Source: Candidatus Beckwithbacteria bacterium
GTDB taxonomy: Bacteria > Patescibacteriota > Microgenomatia > UBA1400 > UBA1449
Assembly (NCBI GenBank): GCA_012797845.1
Contig: JAAZOH010000016.1
Coordinates: forward strand, 7,733 to 71,732
DNA length: 64,000 bases
Direction of reading: 5' to 3'
The notes beneath the pieces were generated by a model that had not been told where the DNA came from, did no database searches, and was given only the letters and a program-made list of their open reading frames with translations. The translations under genes and the position numbers were made by a program. This document shows positions 37,903 to 47,895 of this stretch, one piece after another. Each line of letters opens with the position of its first letter. The first letter of the stretch is position 1.

Positions 37903-40900
37903 ATGTTACCTTTCCACAAATTACTGGTATTTAACCCATGCCTACACCCTAGTCGGAAACTTCTTGTAATCCTTTTTTTTATTGCAATTTTATTAACTTA
38001 TCTACAAATCATTTATCCTCAATTAGCAAGAGCTATTGATCCAAATGTGGATTTTTTCAACACACATGAATTTACTCAAGTTACTAATGCATCTTTATCA
38101 CTCTATGATCACCCAGGGACAAGCGAAGGTCATCCCCTAGACAGTCAGGCTCCTCAACTTACAGGTCTTCTTGAAGGAAATACTTCCCCATCAGTTACTT
38201 CTGTATACCAAACTACTCCTATTACTGGAGTTGACTATGACAGTTCCTGGGCTAATAATCGTCTTCCAGGGGTTGGAGCTACAGTAGCTGGTTTTAGTAG
38301 TCAAAGCGGACAATCGGTTCAAGTGCCACCATCAGGCTACGATATTGGTGAGGGACGAACTGCTACTATTCTTTATTATGATAATAATAGTGTAACTATT
38401 AATTACGGCAATGTTGGAGAGTTCCAGACAGGATATACTATTCATATTTCTGGAATCCAAGCTAATTCAGAATTATTGGCTTCATATCAACAAGCTGTAG
38501 CTGAGGGGAAATTACTTGCAGTATCTGCTTTTCAAGAGCTAGGAACTGCTCTAAGCTCAGAAGTGCTAGTTGCAATTAGAGACACTGGAGCTCTAATGGA
38601 TCCTCGTTGGCTTGGGGATTGGTGGCAGTACGTTTATGATCCACTTGATCCATTAAATCCAAAACTTCTTGACCCAACAAAGCCTCCTTTACCAAAATTA
38701 GACAATCAATGTACTGTAGGTGATTCTTTACCACCTGATGGCATACTGCGCCCAAATCCTTGTCAAAACTGTACATTATTAGTACCAGATCCTACTAACT
38801 CTTGCGCTACTCAACCAGTTTTACAAAAAACAGGTACCTGGGGCTGTGGTGAACAGGCTTATCGTTGCGAAGGCGAAAATGATGAAGGTGGACTTGATCA
38901 TGATGGTGATTATGTTTTTCTTAAAGATTGGGCAGCAGTGTTTAAAATTAATACTAAAAATACTACGAAGGTTCCTTTTGCTGGTTATCGTAATATCGAA
39001 AAAAAAGATGAAAGATCGACTAATCTTAACAATTATTTACGTGATTATTTTGAAGGCACATTACTTTATGATCGAATTGATGAAAAAAATCCAATCAGTT
39101 TTTCAAATGCTGAGGATATACGAAATTTAAATCTAGAAGCTGGTGTTTTTAGAAAATTAGCTCCTACCTATGTTCAGGACGAACTAAGAAAAGCTATGAT
39201 TAAAAAGAGATATAACTATGAAATTACTAACTGCCAGCAAGGTCCAAATAAAGATACTTGTGCGGATGGAAAAAGCACTAGATATTACAAAACAATGAAT
39301 GAATGGCTGGCTAAAGCAAAACCTTGGCCAGATGGATATTATCCACCAACTTCACCAGATTACCAAGAATGCAATACTATTACTGAGTATTGGGCTGTTT
39401 TTAATTGTGTTAATCAGGCTGATCAAACATACGCTAATGCATATAAAAATTGGTCTGATACTCCTTGGGGTTTACTTTGGTCTTATATTCCTCTTTTTAC
39501 AAGAGAAGACGCTCCAGGCTCAGTTACTTTGACTATTGAACATAAACCAGGGGAACTAGAAACTGCCGGGGTTGGATCAAATAAAGGAAAGTATGCTGCT
39601 GAATTCCCTATGGCTTTCCCTCATTTAGCTGGCTTATATGAAGCTTCTCTTAACTTAAATAAATTACTATTACCAACTATGTTGCAAGATAAGATAGCTA
39701 GTAATAACAGCTCCTCTTCTTTGGTTAGTAAACCTAGCCAAAATATACTTCTAGCTCAGGCCCAAACTTTGGATGACACTATTGGATCAGAGATGTATTT
39801 AGCACAAGCTAGTTCAGATAATACTACTGAACCTGTACCAGAAACCTGGTACCAAACTTCAACTGGTTTGCGACCCAATGAAGATGGTACTACTAGTTGG
39901 TTTTTTGATCTAACTAAAAATAATAATTTTGCTGATGAAGGTAGTTATGATATGGTCCATATGGAGTTTTTTGTTTATGTTAATGGTGAACAAGTAGCAG
40001 CGTATCATGATAGTCCTAGTGTCGAACAAGGGCTTCATTACTCTGAACATATTCCAGATTCTATACAGTTGACACCTGGCGAACAACTCGAAGTTTCTGT
40101 TTTTATTAACAATGGAGCTCAAGCTATCAATGCTATTAAAGAAGATATAGTAGGCAAAACTTTTATTTCAAATTGTACTGTCCAGACTGATGGCAGTATT
40201 GCTTGTGACGGGGTATTGATGAAAATACCAGAACCTCAACAAACCAATTGTCGTAAAAATGGTTCGAGTATAGATAAAAATTGTTCTGGAAATGATCCGA
40301 TTTCTGATTATAATCCAAACGATGAAGTTTGCTGTAATGCTACTGCCAAAGCTACTATAGAAGATTATAAAATTTTTGTGAGTGAAGGTACTTACAAAGG
40401 TGCTTGTGTATGCCCAGCTAGCAACCCGGATTGTGACCTAGATGGAGGAGGTTCAGAATTAATGACTCGACAAGTTGAAGTTAGGCTAAAAATTCCTTAT
40501 TTAGAAAAAATCTATGCTTTAACAACAGGCTCTGAAGCAGGGGTTTTTAATATCTTCCGACCTCAAAATTTTTCAGAATATCCAGACAATGATGCTTTAT
40601 CTGGTATTACCTATGAGCTTGTATCAGGAGATGGAGTTAGTATTGTTCCTGATAGCGGCAATCTTTATTACCCTTATTTAGGTGGAATCCAGGAAACCAA
40701 AAAGTGTCTATCTGAACAGTTTTTGGTTCCTAGAGAACTCCAAAATGGGCAGGAGCAGTGTGGTTTTTGGTCATGGAATCGATATTTAGGAAGTACATCA
40801 GCCTTAGATTTATTGACCAAAGGCTGCACGTCTATGGAAGGCACAATTGATTATCGAAATTCTACTGGTTTTAATAAAGAATCTATAAGAGCTAATGGTT

Positions 40901-41292
40901 TGACTAGAATTAATGCTAATGGCTATTGGAGTTCTGATGAATTTACTAAGAATTTTGATATGGTTTACGATTCTGCGATAGCAGCTGGCTGGAATCCTGC
41001 GTTCGTAGTTGCTCTATGGATCGAGGAATCAGGAGGTTCAGCAGTTACTGCTTGGGATTTAGGATGCAAATATGGCAAAACTAGTACTGGTAGCATGTTA
41101 ATGCCTAAAAATAATATTGCCCTACAGCTTGAATGTTTATTTGAAAAAGACTATGCTACTTTGCCTTGGGAAGAATTTGCACTCACTTATGCCGAAGGTG
41201 CCAGAGAAGGTCGGCAGGATCCGGACAAATTTTGTAATAATCCTAATTTTCCAGGAGGGATTATCAGCGTCTATGAAGCACTAGTTAAATAG
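37903..41292 (+). CDS. Large (1129 aa) Cys-rich secreted/surface protein; C-terminal ~150 aa have a lytic-transglycosylase-like Glu motif (VVALWIEESGGSAVTAWDLG)
   Basis: N-terminal signal/anchor (LLVILFFIAILLTYLQIIYPQLARA), more than 25 Cys in the CxxC/C-x-C spacing typical of extracellular domains. The C-terminal motif is only suggestive. Confidence 0.5.
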   Translation: MLPFHKLLVFNPCLHPSRKLLVILFFIAILLTYLQIIYPQLARAIDPNVDFFNTHEFTQVTNASLSLYDHPGTSEGHPLDSQAPQLTGLLEGNTSPSVTSVYQTTPITGVDYDSSWANNRLPGVGATVAGFSSQSGQSVQVPPSGYDIGEGRTATILYYDNNSVTINYGNVGEFQTGYTIHISGIQANSELLASYQQAVAEGKLLAVSAFQELGTALSSEVLVAIRDTGALMDPRWLGDWWQYVYDPLDPLNPKLLDPTKPPLPKLDNQCTVGDSLPPDGILRPNPCQNCTLLVPDPTNSCATQPVLQKTGTWGCGEQAYRCEGENDEGGLDHDGDYVFLKDWAAVFKINTKNTTKVPFAGYRNIEKKDERSTNLNNYLRDYFEGTLLYDRIDEKNPISFSNAEDIRNLNLEAGVFRKLAPTYVQDELRKAMIKKRYNYEITNCQQGPNKDTCADGKSTRYYKTMNEWLAKAKPWPDGYYPPTSPDYQECNTITEYWAVFNCVNQADQTYANAYKNWSDTPWGLLWSYIPLFTREDAPGSVTLTIEHKPGELETAGVGSNKGKYAAEFPMAFPHLAGLYEASLNLNKLLLPTMLQDKIASNNSSSSLVSKPSQNILLAQAQTLDDTIGSEMYLAQASSDNTTEPVPETWYQTSTGLRPNEDGTTSWFFDLTKNNNFADEGSYDMVHMEFFVYVNGEQVAAYHDSPSVEQGLHYSEHIPDSIQLTPGEQLEVSVFINNGAQAINAIKEDIVGKTFISNCTVQTDGSIACDGVLMKIPEPQQTNCRKNGSSIDKNCSGNDPISDYNPNDEVCCNATAKATIEDYKIFVSEGTYKGACVCPASNPDCDLDGGGSELMTRQVEVRLKIPYLEKIYALTTGSEAGVFNIFRPQNFSEYPDNDALSGITYELVSGDGVSIVPDSGNLYYPYLGGIQETKKCLSEQFLVPRELQNGQEQCGFWSWNRYLGSTSALDLLTKGCTSMEGTIDYRNSTGFNKESIRANGLTRINANGYWSSDEFTKNFDMVYDSAIAAGWNPAFVVALWIEESGGSAVTAWDLGCKYGKTSTGSMLMPKNNIALQLECLFEKDYATLPWEEFALTYAEGAREGRQDPDKFCNNPNFPGGIISVYEALVK

Positions 41293-41352
41293 TAGTTCTG
41301 GTTGTTTGTAAGCATTGGCTGTTGTATCATATATCTAACCTTGTAAGCTTAT

Positions 41353-43254
41353 ATGTCTTTATCTTTCTCAGAAAAAATACTATCTTTATTTTTTTCTATT
41401 ATTGTCGGTATAGGATTATTAGTTTCTGTTGCTCCTGCTATAGCAAGAGCTCAAGAAGGACAAGCTTGTAGTGATACCAGTCCTTGTCCTAGTGGTTATG
41501 AATGTGCTGGAGATAATACTTGCACATATGAAGGTAATCCTTACAAGGATATGTCTCACATGGAACATACTGGAGCTCCTTGTACTCCAAACTCTGACGG
41601 GACAACAGGAACCAGTTGTCCTACTGGATATTACTGTGCATTAGTTGATGGGGAAGGTAAATGTGAAAGTAGTTATTACGCCTCTTATGATCAAGAAACT
41701 GCTGCTTCTTTACAAAATAATGCTGCTTCCCAATGGAACAACTATTGGCTTGATCAGAATAAATTAAGTTATGACACAGAAGCTTTTGGGAGTACAAGCA
41801 TAGGTGATTCCCAATTTGCAAGACGACAATACAGACTAACTATCAATGCAATTACATCAGAAATTGTTGGGCCAGAACCTGAAGTAACATTAGCTTTTGG
41901 TTTACCAGAGGATTCTGGAGCTATTGGAGCTTTTACAAAAGGTGTTACTTTTATGGCTTCTAAACCGCCAGTCAAAACTAGTGCCTATTTAGCTGATCTG
42001 GGCAGACAAATGAATTTAGTCACTCCAGCTTATGCTCAGGGTACTGGTTTTCAGGCTTTAGAACCAGTGTTGGAATTATGGAAGGCTTTTCGTAATATCT
42101 CTTACGTGGGGTTTGTTCTCATATTTGTAGTTATTGGGTTTATGATTATGTTTAGAGCTAAAATTGGTCAACAAGCAGCGCTCACTATTCAACAAGCTCT
42201 ACCCCAAATTGTCATTACCTTGCTTTTAGTTACATTTTCATATGCTATTGCTGCTTTTATGATTGATTTAATTTTCTTTCTGATTTACTTAGCAGTGGGA
42301 GCTTTTGAAGCTTTTGGGATTTTAAATGCACCTAGTTCATCAAACTATGTTAATGTTGTTGAAAATATCTTTTTTGAGAAAAACATTTTGACTATTGCAC
42401 TTCAAGACTTACTATCTTGGGGGACTGATCAAGCTGCAGGAAGTGCCTCATATGCTTTAGGAGACATGATCCAACAAGCTTTTCCAGGTATTATTGGTTC
42501 AGGCCTAGCTTTCATTAGTGCTCCCTTAGGCTATCTTATAATAGCAGTAGCAATTTTAATTGCTGTTTTTAAGCTTTTCTTCCAGTTACTTATGGCCTAC
42601 ATTGGTTTGGTATTTAGTGTTATTTTTGCTCCTATGATCTTACTCTTCAATGCTATTCCTGGTAGTGATAGTTTTGGTAAATGGATTAAAGGTTTGCTAG
42701 CTAATGCTTTAGTTTTCCCAGTTACTGCCGTAATGATTCTGATAGCTGGAGCATTGACTAATAGTCAAAAATTTGGAATTGCTGACGATATTGGCTATCA
42801 ATTTAGTGGTACTACTAAAGTCTTAGGAGTACCTTTTATTAGTGGTGGTTTTGACACTAATGCTATCCAAGCTCTCATTGGTATTGGGGTCTTGATGATG
42901 CTACCTAAAGTAGTTGAGCTAGTCCAAAAATCCCTTGGTGTTGAGGGTGGTTTGGCTGGCATGATGGGTTCTATTGCCGAACCTTTGTCTGGAGGAGCTG
43001 GCCGAGTCTTTGGAACTGCTGGTATGCTAGGTGGAGCTGGGTATCGAGCTGCTACTACTGGCAGCGAAATCGGTAGAGCAGAAGCCATGTATGGACCAAA
43101 TGTTTATGAAAGAGGTTTAAGTAATACACTTAGACATATGCTGGGAATGGGTATGAAAGTTAAACCTGGATTTGTAAATCAACGATGGAATTCGGGAAGT
43201 GGTACTACAGATACCGGAAATGGAACAGGTACGAGAACAGGAACTACTAGTTAA
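41353..43254 (+). CDS. Polytopic membrane protein with Cys-rich N-terminal ectodomain and Gly-rich C-terminus; VirB6/TrbL-like candidate
   Basis: Signal peptide (AIARAQE), ectodomain with ~10 Cys, then 6 or more TM helices (FVLIFVVIGFMIMF, IVITLLLVTFSYAIAAFMIDLIFFLIYLAV, LIIAVAILIAVFKLFFQLLMAYIGLVFSVIFAPMILLF...). Confidence 0.4.
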   Translation: MSLSFSEKILSLFFSIIVGIGLLVSVAPAIARAQEGQACSDTSPCPSGYECAGDNTCTYEGNPYKDMSHMEHTGAPCTPNSDGTTGTSCPTGYYCALVDGEGKCESSYYASYDQETAASLQNNAASQWNNYWLDQNKLSYDTEAFGSTSIGDSQFARRQYRLTINAITSEIVGPEPEVTLAFGLPEDSGAIGAFTKGVTFMASKPPVKTSAYLADLGRQMNLVTPAYAQGTGFQALEPVLELWKAFRNISYVGFVLIFVVIGFMIMFRAKIGQQAALTIQQALPQIVITLLLVTFSYAIAAFMIDLIFFLIYLAVGAFEAFGILNAPSSSNYVNVVENIFFEKNILTIALQDLLSWGTDQAAGSASYALGDMIQQAFPGIIGSGLAFISAPLGYLIIAVAILIAVFKLFFQLLMAYIGLVFSVIFAPMILLFNAIPGSDSFGKWIKGLLANALVFPVTAVMILIAGALTNSQKFGIADDIGYQFSGTTKVLGVPFISGGFDTNAIQALIGIGVLMMLPKVVELVQKSLGVEGGLAGMMGSIAEPLSGGAGRVFGTAGMLGGAGYRAATTGSEIGRAEAMYGPNVYERGLSNTLRHMLGMGMKVKPGFVNQRWNSGSGTTDTGNGTGTRTGTTS

Positions 43255-43320
43255 TCTTTCTAGATTTCAAACAAACACATTCTATACTTTATATTTTTAT
43301 ATCCTTGAATTTTAAGTATT

Positions 43321-46275
43321 TTATTTATCTGCAGGTTTATTAAGTACTGAAACTTTAAACCATTTACGCAAGAAGTCAATCAGACCAAGTCCCAATTCAA
43401 AATTTCCTTCAAATCTGATATGTCGCAAGTATTTTCCTTCATTCGGCAACATGCCAATATCATTATTGTCCAAGATTTTATCTATCAAAGGTAGGACTCT
43501 TTGTTCAAATTCTTCAGCATTAGCTACCATACCGTCTTTTTCAAAAGCTTTAGCCATGGTCTCAAAATAACGACCACCCACCACCCGAGCCCCGTGATAT
43601 TGCCTACCAGGACAATAGCCTCTGTCTCCATTTTCATCCACATAATTCTTGGGGATATATTTAATCTTCCTAATTGGAGTATTGCTTGGACCAATAATAA
43701 GGTTTCCATCTTTATTGTCATTAACTCTAACTTCTCGATATCCATAACGTTTTTGCAAAACCTCCCACCGTTTTTTAGCAGCTTCAAGCGCCTGCTCTTC
43801 GCTTAAATTAGGGTCTCTTTCTCTATTTATCTCTACAAGTTCTTTAAGAAAATCTTCTTTACTATAATGTTGTTCGACAAAATTCCCACCTTCTCTTTTC
43901 AAATCTGCCACCCAACATTCTGTTCGTATTCCCATCTGGTAGGCTTGAGCAATCATTTCTTCTTGAGCAAATTCTTCCATCCATTTATTGTTTCTAAAAC
44001 CCATTACCCCTTTAGCTTTCAGCTCTCCTGTAGCTTGACTGGTTTTTTTGGCTGCATTTTCAATAACAGCCAGTTTGAGATCTTTCTCACTTTCAATCTT
44101 TCCGGTTAAACCCTCATTATCCATAACTTGGTTATGATAGCCATTAACTACCTCGTATGAATCATTTGCTGCTGCTGTGTAACTAGCATGAGATTCTAGG
44201 ACTTTGTGTTGAAGGGACTCATTCCAGGCTAAAGAATCAAAAAATAGCAGATGTCTTTGCTGCAATTGTTTTATCTGCCTTAAACCTTCAAAGCCTTTGG
44301 TTCTATTGGCATCAAATACTACTGTTTCTTCAATTCGTTGTAACTTGGCAAAAGCTGGGCCAAAGTCAATATGGGCTATAGCGTCTTTTTCATCCTGCGT
44401 CCAGGATTCAAAACCAGCAATTACTTCCTGAAGTGATTTAAAATCTGCACGTTGGACAAAATTGCTTTCATTACCTTTTACTATTACTTTTCCATGCTCA
44501 TCTTTCTTTGTTCTGCGAAGAATTAACCACTTATCTGCTAATTCTTCCCAGTTATCTTCACTAAAATCTAAACTAGTTCCATTTCCTCGCCATTGAGTTG
44601 ATTCACCTTTTACTCCTGATTTGCCATCTTTCCCCATTCCAAAAGCAATCAAACTTTCTATTTCTTCTAAGTGGGGCATAATACCTTGGCGGGTTAATTT
44701 TTGTAGAAGCACTTCTTTTGCACTTGGTTTACCCCGTCTCGCAGCTTCTTTATCAGCTGCCTTATATGCTTCTGTTTCCCAGTTAATATAAGTCATCTCA
44801 GGCAACATCATCGCTCCGGAAGCTCCTTCGCTAGACATTGGTCCCCAACCAATCAATCTTTGCACTCGACGTAGCATCTCTGGCGAATTCTTATAAACCC
44901 GTTCAAATCCCGCTGGAATCACACCTTTTCTAGAAGCTGAATAGGTCTCTCGAGCTCCCATTAAGGGATCGTGTCGATAGTTTTCAAACTGGATATTCCA
45001 TAAATTCCAAGCAGATTCATATACTCCCCAAAGTGCCCCTGTCATTAATCCTCTTAGGTCCTGGCGTTTTTCAGGCGCCAACTCTTTAACTGAAATTCTT
45101 TTACCAAAACCAAAGTCGTACAAATTGGTATCAATGATAACCGCATCCTTAGGTAGACCTTCTCCTTGATCATTTACTAATCGATGTTCAAACAAATCGT
45201 CAAAAATTGCTGCTCTGACTTTATTGTAACCGATATCCTTAGGATGACCATTTTCATCAAGCAGTGAACCTTTCCAATTTTCACCCGGACTTTCAGTCAA
45301 GATCCTATAGGCTGTGTCCGGGTCATCAAGTAAATCTTTATAGTGGTCAATTCTGATAGTGCCTCGATATGTTTGTTCCCGACCATTCCTATCTACAGCT
45401 GTAACCTCTACCTCAGGTGCTATCTCATGCAAACCTTCAAAAAGCTTAATGCCAGGATTACCTAAAATTGAAGACATCGCTTTGATATCTTTTTGGGTCA
45501 TTGCTTGTCCAGCTTTTCGGATAAAATCACCTGCCAACCACATTGAGCCCTGTTCTGAGCTCAGTTGGTTGGAGCTTAGGATCATCTGTAAGGCTTGATG
45601 CTCGATATGAGAACCTGATTTTAAAACTTCCAGATGTAGCAGGGATAAAACTTGCCCAATTCGTTTTTGTTGTTTTGTCGGATCTATAGTTCCATCTGGA
45701 TTCCTAGGATTGGGCAAATAATCACTTAATGCTTTATCAAGTTCATCGTATTTTTCTTGTAGTTCACCTGTGACAGCTTTTAGTTGGTCAAGTCGCATTT
45801 TTTTCCACAAATCAGTCTGAAACCCTCCCATACCATTCTCCCCATTACCTAGTTCAATTAATTTTTGAAGCTGTTCTAAACTTTGCGCTTGTCGCATTTG
45901 CTCTGTTTCTTCTTCGCTAAGATTGATTGTTCCTTCTTCTCGTTCCAACTCTGTAAGTCTTTTTTCAATTGCTCGAATAGCTGGTTTATTTTCTACTCCT
46001 TCTACATTGATTAGTTTTAAATTGAGAGCAACTGCTAATTGAAAAATGATTAAACGACGACGTAATTCTTTTTGTGGAGTGTGTTCTTGAACTAAAAACT
46101 GATAATACATATCAGCTTGCATTTGTTCATCTCTGTTTAAAATAGTATTTTCTTCTTCTTGTTGATTTTGGCGTAGTTCATTTTGGGGATTACGTTCCTG
46201 GTCCTGATCACGACGTGGACGCCGTTCTCGTCTGTTTCTTCTTTGGTTGCGTTCATTTTCTGGATCTGAAGGCAT
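43321..46275 (-). CDS. 984-aa soluble protein of unknown function with an Arg-rich basic N-terminus (RRNRRERRPRRD) and long coiled-coil segments
   Basis: Long uninterrupted ORF; no catalytic motif recognised by eye. Confidence 0.45.
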   Translation of the reverse strand: MPSDPENERNQRRNRRERRPRRDQDQERNPQNELRQNQQEEENTILNRDEQMQADMYYQFLVQEHTPQKELRRRLIIFQLAVALNLKLINVEGVENKPAIRAIEKRLTELEREEGTINLSEEETEQMRQAQSLEQLQKLIELGNGENGMGGFQTDLWKKMRLDQLKAVTGELQEKYDELDKALSDYLPNPRNPDGTIDPTKQQKRIGQVLSLLHLEVLKSGSHIEHQALQMILSSNQLSSEQGSMWLAGDFIRKAGQAMTQKDIKAMSSILGNPGIKLFEGLHEIAPEVEVTAVDRNGREQTYRGTIRIDHYKDLLDDPDTAYRILTESPGENWKGSLLDENGHPKDIGYNKVRAAIFDDLFEHRLVNDQGEGLPKDAVIIDTNLYDFGFGKRISVKELAPEKRQDLRGLMTGALWGVYESAWNLWNIQFENYRHDPLMGARETYSASRKGVIPAGFERVYKNSPEMLRRVQRLIGWGPMSSEGASGAMMLPEMTYINWETEAYKAADKEAARRGKPSAKEVLLQKLTRQGIMPHLEEIESLIAFGMGKDGKSGVKGESTQWRGNGTSLDFSEDNWEELADKWLILRRTKKDEHGKVIVKGNESNFVQRADFKSLQEVIAGFESWTQDEKDAIAHIDFGPAFAKLQRIEETVVFDANRTKGFEGLRQIKQLQQRHLLFFDSLAWNESLQHKVLESHASYTAAANDSYEVVNGYHNQVMDNEGLTGKIESEKDLKLAVIENAAKKTSQATGELKAKGVMGFRNNKWMEEFAQEEMIAQAYQMGIRTECWVADLKREGGNFVEQHYSKEDFLKELVEINRERDPNLSEEQALEAAKKRWEVLQKRYGYREVRVNDNKDGNLIIGPSNTPIRKIKYIPKNYVDENGDRGYCPGRQYHGARVVGGRYFETMAKAFEKDGMVANAEEFEQRVLPLIDKILDNNDIGMLPNEGKYLRHIRFEGNFELGLGLIDFLRKWFKVSVLNKPADK

Positions 46276-46327
46276 ATATGATTAGTAGTTTTTTATTAGC
46301 TGTATTATACCAAATTTTATAGGATAA

Positions 46328-46356
46328 TTTAAATCTCTTGACACCATAAAGTGTTT
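46328..46356 (+). promoter_or_regulatory. Candidate sigma70-like promoter TTGACA-17-TATTGT
   Basis: Perfect -35 with 17-nt spacer and 4/6 -10, located ~125 nt upstream of the 46480 ORF. Confidence 0.3.
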
Positions 46357-46479
46357 GCGTTATTGTGGTTCTATTCTATCTTATCAAAGGCATTCTGAGA
46401 AGTTAGAATTTTTAAAAATAAAACAGGTGAATGAGGTAAAAATCCTCAGCTGTGCCGCAACCGTGAAAATCCCTTTTGT

Positions 46480-47835
46480 TTGATTAAAAATCAAAGCATT
46501 ATTAGGGAGGCAGCCGGAACCCTGTTATCTGAGGCTCCATTTTACAGGCGAGCTACCTGTAGAAGCCGTACCGCATTGTCATTTGCCATTGAGCAGTCTC
46601 CAACAATTACTCAAGAAAAAATACGTATCCCTCCTGAATTGATCATTGGCTTATTTCCAAGATTTTCTTCTGATCAACTACTAACACAAGATCGGCGTGA
46701 CCCATTTTTAACTCCAGAGCTTGTAGCTTATTTTAATCAAAGTCGCAATCAATTTGTGATAGAGCAAGATATTGGTCAAACCAGTTTAGAACAGGAAGCA
46801 CAGCTGGTGGCTCAGTTACGAGAACATGTTTTAGGTCAACCATTACTTACCAAGTGTACGATCTGTTTTCGAGATAACCAGCTTTTTTTTAATAACCATG
46901 CTGAATCTTTTGTTCACCAAACACTCACCAGCATTCATCCAAATAGTATTTTCAAAAGAATAGAGCCGTACTGGCTACGAAAATTTGGCTATATCCCTAC
47001 TAGTCAACAATTGGAATTCGTTACTAGCAATCCTGATATATTCAGAAGCTTAATATCTGATGATGTATATTATCAAACTAAACTAGGGCTTGAATGGGCT
47101 GAGTTTACCGGTATTTTAAGACTACAGCAACAGTTGGCCACTATTGGAGATGGTCAACGGATTGTTGAGTTTAGTCCTGGCTCAGCCAAACTAAGACCTA
47201 CTCCAATTATTCATCATTGGGTCCGAATATATGAAAAACAAGGAGAACAAATTATAGCAACCTATGTTCGCAGTGATGTTTCCGATGAGGAATTTATCAA
47301 AGCATATGTTCAATTTGCTCAACCAAATCCCATATATACAACGGTTCAGGATATTGTCAGTCACCCGATTGTAACTACTGCTAATCCTGAACAAATCTTA
47401 GCAGCTCTTCATATCAATCAAGACTCCCAATTTTTAGAGCTGTATGATCGGGCCTTGGCTGACCTTAAAGTTCAAACTACCTTACGGACAACATTAGAAT
47501 TGATGAAGCAAAAAGTTGGCCTTCCTCAGATTATTAGCTCCAAAGCTCAGCTTGAACAAGAAGTACTTAAAACCTTTAATAAATTATTCAGACAATACCT
47601 TGAAGAGCATGGCTCTTCTACAACCGAACTAAAGAATAATTTTATTAAGAGTGCTTTAAAATTTTTAGGTCGTGGTGGTGGCTGTGGTCTGGCTGGGCTC
47701 TTAGAATCATTTGTGCCTGGTTTCCCTTGTCCTCGCTGTGGGGGTTGGATTAAAATGGGCAGTGGCGATGCTTGCCCTAGCTGCGGCTATACTAAAAATG
47801 AACACGCAGCAGTTAGTGGGGAGAGGTGCGGGTAA
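46480..47835 (+). CDS. 451-aa protein of unknown function with C-terminal double CxxC zinc-ribbon (CPRCG...CPSCG)
   Basis: ORF begins with TTG. C-terminal GGGCGLAGLLESFVPGFPCPRCGGWIKMGSGDACPSCGY. Confidence 0.45.
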   Translation: MIKNQSIIREAAGTLLSEAPFYRRATCRSRTALSFAIEQSPTITQEKIRIPPELIIGLFPRFSSDQLLTQDRRDPFLTPELVAYFNQSRNQFVIEQDIGQTSLEQEAQLVAQLREHVLGQPLLTKCTICFRDNQLFFNNHAESFVHQTLTSIHPNSIFKRIEPYWLRKFGYIPTSQQLEFVTSNPDIFRSLISDDVYYQTKLGLEWAEFTGILRLQQQLATIGDGQRIVEFSPGSAKLRPTPIIHHWVRIYEKQGEQIIATYVRSDVSDEEFIKAYVQFAQPNPIYTTVQDIVSHPIVTTANPEQILAALHINQDSQFLELYDRALADLKVQTTLRTTLELMKQKVGLPQIISSKAQLEQEVLKTFNKLFRQYLEEHGSSTTELKNNFIKSALKFLGRGGGCGLAGLLESFVPGFPCPRCGGWIKMGSGDACPSCGYTKNEHAAVSGERCG

Positions 47836-47895
47836 TTGTTTTTAAATTAGATTTTAAATGAGATAGCTCTAGCTTTTAATATAAAAATGTTTTTT

